A stretch of DNA of 64,000 nucleotides from a virus. Position 1 is the first letter of the stretch. The number at the start of each line of letters is the position of its first letter. Of the stretch, positions 19,797 through 27,724 are shown piece by piece. A program made the translations under genes and the position numbers. The DNA lies in IMG/VR virus record IMGVR_UViG_3300045988_171772, positions 190,917 to 254,916 of that record, one strand, 5' to 3'. The notes under the pieces are model-generated. The model had not been told where the DNA came from. It ran no database searches and saw only the letters and a list, made by a program, of their open reading frames with translations.

Positions 19797-20081
19797 TCAG
19801 TATGGACCTCCTTCAACAGTAAAGTCTGCAAGGAGTCCGTTTGGATATTCCTCCGGATGATTGGATCTCCGAATCACTTCACGAATGGCTTTCTTCGCTT
19901 CTTTCTCAGTTTTGAAGGCACCAATCGTAGAAGAGATATAGGAATGATTTCCAGTATAGGATCCGGGGTAATAGGCAACGACATACCAAACTTTGTATTC
20001 CTCGTTATAGGAAAGATTAAAGGTCAGGACGTTGTCAAGATTGACAAACTCCTTGTATTGAGTCTGAATAAACTGCGCCAT
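19797..20081 (-). CDS. hypothetical protein (94 aa)
   Basis: ORF-track ORF with GGAGGC upstream. It ends with TGA. Confidence 0.75.
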   Translation of the reverse strand: MAQFIQTQYKEFVNLDNVLTFNLSYNEEYKVWYVVAYYPGSYTGNHSYISSTIGAFKTEKEAKKAIREVIRRSNHPEEYPNGLLADFTVEGGPY

Positions 20082-20107
20082 CAGATATATGCCTCCAATC
20101 TAATCTC

Positions 20108-20356
20108 TTAGTTTTCGACATATTCTTTCCGGAGGTCGAGCAATACCCACTCTTCGTTGACATTGGTGATCCGATCCATGATCTTCTCCGAAGTATCGTG
20201 AGAGACATCATGTTTCAGAATGACTGCGGTCTGAGAAGCTGTGATTCCAGCCATCAGAGTAAACTTGGTGGCTTCATTTTCTACATTCTCAGCGTAGATC
20301 ATCGAGATCTCACTCAGCTTCAAACGGACTCCATTTTCTGTGATAATCCATCTCAT
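20108..20356 (-). CDS. hypothetical protein (~82 aa)
   Basis: The track ORF is 20108..20380. The ATG at 20356, preceded by AAGGAG with a 9-nt spacer, is the better start. Confidence 0.7.
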   Translation of the reverse strand: MRWIITENGVRLKLSEISMIYAENVENEATKFTLMAGITASQTAVILKHDVSHDTSEKIMDRITNVNEEWVLLDLRKEYVEN

Positions 20357-20389
20357 AGTTGTAATCTCCTTTGAAATCATCTGGAATCT

Positions 20390-20411
20390 AAATAAAGTCT
20401 AGACTTTATTT
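20390..20411. repeat. perfect 22-bp palindrome
   Basis: AAATAAAGTCT|AGACTTTATTT, immediately downstream of a TTGTAA-N18-TATAAA promoter-like sequence on the minus strand. Confidence 0.6.
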
Positions 20412-20719
20412 ATACTCAAGTATTCCAAGAGATTACAACCTATATGCTGCATTGTTAGGGGATCAATCGCAGCATATAGGCCAAGCAATCTTACGTCATC
20501 ACATGCATTACCATAAAGGGATTCTGTCATCTAAGAGACTCATAAAGTCACAGGGACTCGTAGGTCCGTCAGGTAGTCGTGCTTATATAATTTGGGATCT
20601 CCCTATGTCTAAAGGGTGTCACATCGTTCTCCATATTTGGTAAAGGAGAAGATGATCGTATTCACACTTCTAGCCAACTTTTCTGTCGCCTGAGCTACTT
20701 ACCTCTCAAGCAAATAACT

Positions 20720-21913
20720 TTATGAATTCATCAGAGATGATAATGAGACATACTCATCAGGATCACGGGAATTCATTTCTTTCGATCCCAGAATCATCTT
20801 CAGGTATGGAGTCAAACATTTCATCACACCTTCCCGGAAATCCGGTTCGTTGATGAATTTCGCACGGAAATCCTTGCGATTGAATTTGAACTCTTCTAGA
20901 CCCTTGATGACGAGATAAGGGTTACGGCCACCGACCAGATTGCATTGCTCTGCAAACTCGTATAATGTGTAAATCGGATCAAAGCCGATGTCTTTGTTGA
21001 AGCAAGCATTGATCGTGGAACCGATAAAAGAAGTTTTAGTCTTACTTACCTGGATTTGACAGCGGAAGCCCTCAAATCCATTATCTTCCATTGTATACAT
21101 GTTTCCTTTCGTAGCAGTGCAGCGGAAGATATTTTGGGCCAGATAGACAGGGGCGTTTCCCCGAGGAAGGCTCTCCCCAGGCTTCAACATCATCAACTGA
21201 GACGGAGATGCCTGATAGGGATTGATGTCCACCTTTGCTTTGATGTGATTCACCGCAATGATGGAAATATTATAGTGACTCATCTTATTGAGACACTTGG
21301 AATAGAACTGAGAGATCTGACCAGCTTCTCTTCCACCCAACATCTGTCCTTCGAGCACGTCTTCCTTACGCTCTTTGCTGTTGAAGGTGGCAAGAGAATC
21401 CAAGATGAATACCGTAGGGACATACATCTTGGTCGGCTTATCAGGATCCACCCAGTATTCTTGAGGGATCTCATACATGGCAGAATCTCCAGCTGCCTCT
21501 TTTGCATCACAGATGGTATCGAGAATATCGAGGACATCCTCAATACTCACACGATCCTTCTGGAGAATGATGCGAGGATCATCTGGTTTTGCACCAGTGA
21601 TCTGGAGAATTCTTGCTTTCATGGCAGTCTTCTCAATATCGAAATGGATCATAATCCCATCCTCAAAGGGTGAGATAATACTCCAGGCGATTTGATCTGC
21701 CAAGGTAGTTTTACCAGATCCAGACAATCCAATGATGGTGGTAAAAGTACCTCCCAGAATTCCAGTGACAGGAACCATCCGGCCATCTCCCATAGGGGCC
21801 ATGTAGCCGTTGGCAAAGTCCAAGGGAATCAGTGAGGTACTGTAAGGTACAAAGGAGTCATTGGATGTGAAGTATTTGTTTTTGTCTTTCTTACGGAGTT
21901 CTTCAATAAGCAT
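20720..21913 (-). CDS. RecA/UvsX-family recombinase
   Basis: Walker A motif GLSGSGKTT. VFILDSLATFNS...GGREAGQISQFYSKCLNKMSHYNISIIAVNHI parallels RecA VIVVDSVAAL...[33 protein letters not shown]. Confidence 0.85.
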   Translation of the reverse strand: MLIEELRKKDKNKYFTSNDSFVPYSTSLIPLDFANGYMAPMGDGRMVPVTGILGGTFTTIIGLSGSGKTTLADQIAWSIISPFEDGIMIHFDIEKTAMKARILQITGAKPDDPRIILQKDRVSIEDVLDILDTICDAKEAAGDSAMYEIPQEYWVDPDKPTKMYVPTVFILDSLATFNSKERKEDVLEGQMLGGREAGQISQFYSKCLNKMSHYNISIIAVNHIKAKVDINPYQASPSQLMMLKPGESLPRGNAPVYLAQNIFRCTATKGNMYTMEDNGFEGFRCQIQVSKTKTSFIGSTINACFNKDIGFDPIYTLYEFAEQCNLVGGRNPYLVIKGLEEFKFNRKDFRAKFINEPDFREGVMKCLTPYLKMILGSKEMNSRDPDEYVSLSSLMNS

Positions 21914-21935
21914 ATTCTATTACCTCCTATCAAGG

Positions 21936-21949
21936 CTATGATATATAGG
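21936..21949 (-). promoter_or_regulatory. class II promoter-like motif (TATATCAT)
   Basis: On the minus strand, CCTATATATCATAG, 22 nt upstream of the recombinase ATG. Confidence 0.35.
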
Positions 21950-21966
21950 TTTAAAATGCTTACTGA

Positions 21967-22332
21967 TTATTTCATATAAGAGGCATTGACAAAAATCTCC
22001 ACATTGGGATCGTGGTAGCGGACTGTCTGAGCAGTCGTGACGTTATTTTTAAGTCCTACCAGTCCGAAAAGATTAACAACGAGCTTCGATGCAATCTCAG
22101 GGAAGCTATGAGGACCATCATGATCGACCATGTAATAGATCCGATCATTAAACATCAATAGGACAGGACCAGACTTACCAACCTCCCTGGATGCAGGAGA
22201 CTGGGCAAAGTCAATCATCGATCCAGAGGAAGAGAAGTAATAGACTTCCAACTGGATGGTATTCTTATTGGTATTGACGGAATTGACCGGAGTCTCAGAG
22301 TTCTTCTGCTCCAAATTGACGATTTCACTCAT
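21967..22332 (-). CDS. hypothetical protein (~121 aa)
   Basis: The track ORF is 21967..22353. The ATG at 22332, preceded by AAGTGAGG, is preferred. Confidence 0.7.
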   Translation of the reverse strand: MSEIVNLEQKNSETPVNSVNTNKNTIQLEVYYFSSSGSMIDFAQSPASREVGKSGPVLLMFNDRIYYMVDHDGPHSFPEIASKLVVNLFGLVGLKNNVTTAQTVRYHDPNVEIFVNASYMK

Positions 22333-22390
22333 AATATAAAACCTCACTTTCATAATGAGAGAAAAGATTACTCATAGGTTTTTCGATGAC

Positions 22391-22449
22391 TAAAAAGATG
22401 GATGAACCAGTCTCTATCGATCTATACAGAGATTGATTCATCCATCTTA
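22391..22449 (-). terminator. rho-independent terminator
   Basis: About 20-bp imperfect stem AAGATGGATGAA.CA.TCTCT followed by TTTTTA on the minus strand. Confidence 0.7.
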
Positions 22450-22468
22450 TCAGATAAAAAGAATGGGC

Positions 22469-23308
22469 TTACTTCCGCTTGGTATTGTTGAAGCGGCCTG
22501 TTCCACGACGATTGTTGTTGCCCTGACGATCGGTACGAGGAGCACCTTCATACTTGCGATCCTCATATCGACGATAGGGACGGTCAGAATCCTTGTTGAA
22601 TTCCTTCTTGGGCTTGTCGAAACGCAGGCAATCCTTATCGGGGAACTGATACAGATTGAAGGGATGCTTGATACGCTCAGGCTCACCTTCGATCACACGG
22701 GGTTCCTCCGGCTTCATGGTGAATTCACCATTCTCATACACAACGGTACGATCGACATAGACGGTCTTACCGGTGGGGAAGCGCTCCGGATTCGAAGTAC
22801 CCTTCTTGCGAGTACGCTCCGGATAGAAGTAGTGAATGGTGAAGGAAGCATCTCCATCGGCAGGGAGTTTGTCCTTGTCGACCATGACGGCCAGCCACAG
22901 CATCTTGCTGTAATTGGCATCGCCAACCTTGATGGTATACTTGGTGGAGATCACGATGCGATTCTTCAGAATCCGGATCCACTCAGGCATGTCATTCTGA
23001 TCCAGATAACCACGGAAGGGAATCGCAAGCATGAACAGATCTTCGTCATCTCCAATGTTCCGATCGCCGGACGAAACACGGAATGTCTTGGCACCAGTTT
23101 TGGTCAGAATGCCACGAATGTTGAGCTTACGGTCACTTTCGTTTTCGCAGGAGAATTCACGCACCTTCAAGAAAGGCTTTTCAGGACGGGGATGTTCCTC
23201 GTCATACTCGATAAAGTCGGGAGGAGTGAAGCACCGATCGGTATAGTTGGTAGCAGGATCAGAGATCAGTTCTTCTTTGAAAAGTTCTTGATTAAGATAT
23301 TTCAGCAT
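22469..23308 (-). CDS. hypothetical protein with an Arg/Gly/Asn-rich basic C-terminal tail (possible nucleic-acid binding)
   Basis: The track ORF is 22469..23386. The ATG at 23308, preceded by GGAAGGG, is preferred. The C-terminus is RRYEDRKYEGAPRTDRQGNNNRRGTGRFNNTKRK. Confidence 0.75.
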   Translation of the reverse strand: MLKYLNQELFKEELISDPATNYTDRCFTPPDFIEYDEEHPRPEKPFLKVREFSCENESDRKLNIRGILTKTGAKTFRVSSGDRNIGDDEDLFMLAIPFRGYLDQNDMPEWIRILKNRIVISTKYTIKVGDANYSKMLWLAVMVDKDKLPADGDASFTIHYFYPERTRKKGTSNPERFPTGKTVYVDRTVVYENGEFTMKPEEPRVIEGEPERIKHPFNLYQFPDKDCLRFDKPKKEFNKDSDRPYRRYEDRKYEGAPRTDRQGNNNRRGTGRFNNTKRK

Positions 23309-23408
23309 AATGATACCCTTCCGTAAAATAGAATTTTGAATGTGTGAAAATAGACGGCGGCGATTGCCTCTCAGAGGCATTAACATAACGTATAGAATTT
23401 ATTAAATT

Positions 23409-23456
23409 AAAAAGAAAGGATACCTCAGGATTTACCGAGAATTATCCTTTCTTTTT
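23409..23456. terminator. bidirectional hairpin terminator
   Basis: AAAAAGAAAGGATA/TATCCTTTCTTTTT, with the A and T runs forming part of the stem. Confidence 0.65.
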
Positions 23457-23461
23457 GAGAA

Positions 23462-24271
23462 TTACTTTTTATTCATCGTCTCATCGGTCATGACCTTGGC
23501 TGTATAGGGGAAGATAGACTTCCTCTTGATGATCTCATGATGAAGGGCGTAATTCTCTCTGAATTCTTCCACTGTGCAGATGGGGAATTCCCATACGATC
23601 ATATCATATGATGATTTGAATCGGACTGGATAATAGTAGCAGCATTGAGAGACCATAGGTTCGTCATTGAGACTGTGCTCCACATCGTAATCAACACGAA
23701 TGGTGTGAATATCCGGAGGGCTGATGAAGGACTTGACGATCATGAAGACGATGGCTCGAGGAAATTCATCCTTTTGCTCCTCTTCATCCAAGATCACCAT
23801 AGATCCTTTCTGAATCTCATACATCCAGGATTTCTGAATGGGTTGCACATACCCAATCGTCTCTCTGGCATAGATGTAATTCTTTCTTGTGATTCCTTTC
23901 AGACTGGAGAGTCCCTCTTTGTCTTCCGGACTAACAGGCAATTCCATATATGCCACATTGGTATTGTATTTCTTCGCCTCTTCATAGGGAAGTTCCATCC
24001 CATAGAAATCAGATTTTGGTCTGTTATTGGGATCGGCACTGAGAATCTCAATGACAGAGACGAAGGAATCCATGATATTGGGGAAATCCTCTCTAGATCC
24101 TATAATGACAAAGAAGGGATTATTGGCCACTACCTTTGCCTTATTGGATCTGGCATAGGCTTCGATGATATAATACTTACTATCATTTTCATCAAGCCGG
24201 ATATTCCACTGAAAGAGATCTGGATTGATGACATGGTAGCATTCAATGAAGGTACTACTCGGCGCTTTCAT
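23462..24271 (-). CDS. hypothetical protein (269 aa)
   Basis: ORF-track ORF with GGAGGTGA upstream. Terminators flank both sides. Confidence 0.8.
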   Translation of the reverse strand: MKAPSSTFIECYHVINPDLFQWNIRLDENDSKYYIIEAYARSNKAKVVANNPFFVIIGSREDFPNIMDSFVSVIEILSADPNNRPKSDFYGMELPYEEAKKYNTNVAYMELPVSPEDKEGLSSLKGITRKNYIYARETIGYVQPIQKSWMYEIQKGSMVILDEEEQKDEFPRAIVFMIVKSFISPPDIHTIRVDYDVEHSLNDEPMVSQCCYYYPVRFKSSYDMIVWEFPICTVEEFRENYALHHEIIKRKSIFPYTAKVMTDETMNKK

Positions 24272-24352
24272 TGGTATGACTCACCTCCATATAAAAAGAA
24301 AGGCAGTTTACAGATCCATCTCCCCAGAGATCCATAAACTACCTTGTTTGGA

Positions 24353-25390
24353 TTAGACTTTATCCTTGGCTTTGTCGGCGGCTTCCTTGATGATCTCATT
24401 GATCTTATCAACATAACCAGACACGACATGAGCCAGATTCGGATATTCCGCCTCATCCAGATTCCGAAGATCGGCACGGAGTTCATAGACATTGTCATTG
24501 AACATCCGGCTGATCCTCTTGGTATACAAATCCAGCATCTGGGTCTGAATCTGCTCGGGCGCATCCTCAAGAACATCCAGAGCGAAGGTAGTCAGAGAAT
24601 TCCAAACCTTCTTCACTTCGGATCCCTTGAAGTCATTGATGCGATTCATACCCTCGAGAAGGATATAGGTCGCAACCTCAACCACATTGGATTCACCCAT
24701 AATCTGAGAGAAGAACCGACCCCACTTGACACGATCCATGTTCACTTCATAGGAATCGACGATCTCATAGATGTCGGTCAGTACCCGATTGGCATAGAAA
24801 CCAACCTGATACTTATTGATATACTTGGGATCCGGAACTCCCAGGAAAGCACTCCGGCAGATCTCCACCGGCATATTGGAGTCATACGAGACTCTCTTGG
24901 CTCTCCTCTTGATAATCTTCATGGCGGTCTTGATCAGATCCTTGAGATTATCATTATACTTATTGATGTGGATCATCTCTTCTCTGGCTTCAGACCGAGA
25001 GATGTTTCCTTTCTCCAGATCACTCCGAGTCCGATCTTCAAACTCTTGAGAGACCTGGATACCAGCCAGAGCAACAGTATGCAGGAAGGTTGCCACAGAC
25101 CGATCGAATTCATCATAGCCATTATAGGCTTCTTCTTCGATCGCATTAACAGTGGTCTTGATGACCTTCCGATGGGCCATCATGACATACATGTCCTTGG
25201 TATCCTTCTGCAACTTAGCACGATCGATCTCTTCCGGAGGATTGAAGAGCATCCTCATAAACTCTTCACTCTCCAGATAATAGACAATCGCTCTTTCTGC
25301 GGTAGACGCAGATACTCGTTTCTGAATGATGTCATCCAATAGGTCATTGAATGAATCAATCGTAAACGAATTTCGTTTGCGCAATCCCAT
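24353..25390 (-). CDS. hypothetical helical protein (345 aa) immediately downstream of the tubulin gene
   Basis: ORF-track ORF with AAGGAGGAA upstream and a class II promoter-like motif at 25423-25436. Confidence 0.8.
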   Translation of the reverse strand: MGLRKRNSFTIDSFNDLLDDIIQKRVSASTAERAIVYYLESEEFMRMLFNPPEEIDRAKLQKDTKDMYVMMAHRKVIKTTVNAIEEEAYNGYDEFDRSVATFLHTVALAGIQVSQEFEDRTRSDLEKGNISRSEAREEMIHINKYNDNLKDLIKTAMKIIKRRAKRVSYDSNMPVEICRSAFLGVPDPKYINKYQVGFYANRVLTDIYEIVDSYEVNMDRVKWGRFFSQIMGESNVVEVATYILLEGMNRINDFKGSEVKKVWNSLTTFALDVLEDAPEQIQTQMLDLYTKRISRMFNDNVYELRADLRNLDEAEYPNLAHVVSGYVDKINEIIKEAADKAKDKV

Positions 25391-25422
25391 AGGTTATTCC
25401 TCCTTTTGTATTTGGATTACTC

Positions 25423-25436
25423 TATAATGATATACG
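25423..25436 (-). promoter_or_regulatory. class II promoter-like motif
   Basis: On the minus strand, CGTATATCATTATA, 33 nt upstream of ATG 25390. Confidence 0.4.
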
Positions 25437-25439
25437 CAA

Positions 25440-26600
25440 TTAGAAAATATCAGGAATGTCAGTCAGCTTTGCCTTGTCATTCCGAACGGAAGAGACACCG
25501 AGAATTCGATTCCGGTTGGCATCATTCCGAGTGGACTTGATGGCAGAGAGATCTGCCAGCTCATCCGACACAGAAGCCGTATCAGTATTGTTGAGGGCTT
25601 CACATTCCTTGGCAATCTCAGTGCATTCCGAGATACGGTTGATAGGCTTGGACATACCAGACATGATGACAGAGAAGTCAGCACGCTGGGCATTCTCCAC
25701 CGTATAGTTGAGGAAGGTAGCCAGAGGACGACCGGTATATCCTTCCAACTCAGAGAAGTTCCCAGACTTGCAGGGGTCATTCGTCTGATCCGGAGTATTC
25801 ATGATGATACCGAGATTCCGAACGACACGATCCTTCTGAGGATCTACAGCCGCAGTATGCTCCAACATATCAATCATGATCGCCTGGGAAGATTTCTCAG
25901 ACAGATCATTCTTGGTGATGTTGGCACGATGGTTGATCATCATGTATCCTTCAGTGGAGAGCATGGTCAGCATGTCAGACTCATCGATCATCCCATAAGG
26001 AGTTTCCTTGAGATAATCACCACGAATGACACTGACACAATCTGCGATATACTCCGCAGTCTTCCGATAGGCTTCCTCCATCGGATCATCCTCAAAGGAA
26101 TGCAGATCAGAGAGCATGTAGGTCATATGCAGCTTGGGATTGGTGACCTCATTCATGCACTCAACGGTGTTGAACTGAGCCTGAGCAGACTCAGAATGCT
26201 TCGGAAGAATCCCGAAGAAGATGATGACCTTATTGGGATAGAAGGTCATCAGACGATTGACGAGAAGCGGACCAGCACCAGAGCCAGTGCCACCAGAAGT
26301 AGATGCTGCCACAATGACAACATCGGCATCCTCGATCACATCGGTAAAAGCAGGAGTCTGATTGAAGAGGCGTTCGAGTTCGATGGTCAGAAACCCTTTG
26401 GCATTCTGACGGTTCTTACCCGCACCACGCTTATTGCCGATGAGGAAGGACGGAATGGTCTTATCCAAGATCTTATCGTCCAGATCCTTCTGGCTCGAGT
26501 TGATGCAGAAGACGGTGTGACCCTTCTTGCGGGCCACTTCGACTGCCTGGCAACCAGCGTTGCCAATACCGATGAGTGAGACTTTCAAATTCGTATCCAT
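25440..26600 (-). CDS. phuZ: tubulin/FtsZ-superfamily GTPase (PhuZ/TubZ-like)
   Basis: G-box IGIGNAGCQAV. Tubulin signature STSGGTGSGAGP. KRGAGKNR is T3-loop-like, as in PhuZ (RGAGGNR). The C-terminus KLTDIPDIF resembles the FtsZ C-terminal peptide. Confidence 0.85.
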   Translation of the reverse strand: MDTNLKVSLIGIGNAGCQAVEVARKKGHTVFCINSSQKDLDDKILDKTIPSFLIGNKRGAGKNRQNAKGFLTIELERLFNQTPAFTDVIEDADVVIVAASTSGGTGSGAGPLLVNRLMTFYPNKVIIFFGILPKHSESAQAQFNTVECMNEVTNPKLHMTYMLSDLHSFEDDPMEEAYRKTAEYIADCVSVIRGDYLKETPYGMIDESDMLTMLSTEGYMMINHRANITKNDLSEKSSQAIMIDMLEHTAAVDPQKDRVVRNLGIIMNTPDQTNDPCKSGNFSELEGYTGRPLATFLNYTVENAQRADFSVIMSGMSKPINRISECTEIAKECEALNNTDTASVSDELADLSAIKSTRNDANRNRILGVSSVRNDKAKLTDIPDIF

Positions 26601-26637
26601 AATATAGATACACTCCTTTCTATTTTAGTATAAAAAT

Positions 26638-26650
26638 AATATATGTAAAA
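26638..26650 (-). promoter_or_regulatory. class I-like -10 element upstream of the tubulin gene
   Basis: On the minus strand, ACATATATTATTTTTA about 35 nt upstream of ATG 26600. The upstream TCGAAAA half is missing. Confidence 0.35.
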
Positions 26651-26875
26651 ATTCCGTTTCCTGAATCGTATAGGAGCCCTGAGATTAACAAGCTCTAAAG
26701 ATATGGTTTTCTTAGAAATACAAAAATGTAAGTACCGAAGAATACGATCTTCTCTGGTGCTTTCGGGCTATTCGGATTGTGTTAAGATCCGGACTAAGAT
26801 GGGCTGTCTTAGTTATTGGCTAATTCCTCCTTAGATGTTTTCTGACATTTCGATTTCCTCCTTTTAGATTTCCAT

Positions 26876-26931
26876 TCGGCAAAACCTCCCATAGGATTCC
26901 AAGCGGGTATACGGAATCCTATGGGAGGTTT
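26876..26931 (-). terminator. rho-independent terminator after 26943..27707
   Basis: 19-bp perfect stem AAACCTCCCATAGGATTCC/GGAATCCTATGGGAGGTTT followed by TTTTG on the minus strand. Confidence 0.75.
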
Positions 26932-26942
26932 TATTTGTTTCG

Positions 26943-27707
26943 TTAGATATAAGGACTATCCTTGTCAGTGAGAGCCTGACTTCTTTCTTCATTCTTGGGT
27001 TTTGGAAGAAGATTTCCACTGCCAATCAGATTGGTCTTAAACCCTTGCATGAGGAAGTAGATATTCAGTGTATTCAGAGAAGTCTTATTGGCCTTGTCAT
27101 TGGTAAGATCCTTCATGGATACATACCCATTCTTCGCAATGGCAGTGGCCATCTCGTTTCTGGCAACTTCATCATCCGCTCTGGGACCTAAGAATTCCTT
27201 CAGAGCATATTCAGCACCAGTGGCAAGAAGAGAGTAAGTCTCCACGTCAGAGTTACGACCATTCTTGTCATCACCAGTAACCTGACCAGTCAGAGGATTT
27301 CTCTGAGTATTGGATGTAGATCCGGAGTTCTTCTTCTCCAATGTCTGCATCATTCTCTTTTCATGGATGTAACCAACAGGAACCTTCTCAGGTGTCACGG
27401 TTACATTCTCAAGATCATGGTTGATATGAGGGAGATAGACAGTCTCATACAGAGGGACTCCCAGATATTTGGCAGCCTTCTCAATATTCTCATATTTGAT
27501 ATCTCTCATATACTCAACGATCTCAAGATAGAATTGCTGAGAATCATCTGCAAAGAATTTACGGATGTATTTGTCAAATTGATCATCGCTCATGGAAGAG
27601 AAAAACTTCTCGTACTTCTTCGCATTATCTCCCGAAGGATCCAAGAGATTAAAAGTATCCAGAAGCATCTTCATGAACTTCTTTCTCTTTTCCGCAATGG
27701 TAGCCAT
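26943..27707 (-). CDS. stand-alone homologue of the extreme C-terminus of RNAP beta (254 aa)
   Basis: VPVGYIHEKRMMQ ~ VGYMYMLKL. GSTSNTQRNPLTGQ ~ RSTGPYSLVTQQPLGG. DVETYSLLATGAEYALKEFLGPRADD ~ [27 protein letters not shown]. It is a second copy of the region already present in 16326..18848. Confidence 0.6.
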   Translation of the reverse strand: MATIAEKRKKFMKMLLDTFNLLDPSGDNAKKYEKFFSSMSDDQFDKYIRKFFADDSQQFYLEIVEYMRDIKYENIEKAAKYLGVPLYETVYLPHINHDLENVTVTPEKVPVGYIHEKRMMQTLEKKNSGSTSNTQRNPLTGQVTGDDKNGRNSDVETYSLLATGAEYALKEFLGPRADDEVARNEMATAIAKNGYVSMKDLTNDKANKTSLNTLNIYFLMQGFKTNLIGSGNLLPKPKNEERSQALTDKDSPYI

Positions 27708-27724
27708 AATGATTTCTTTCCTCC

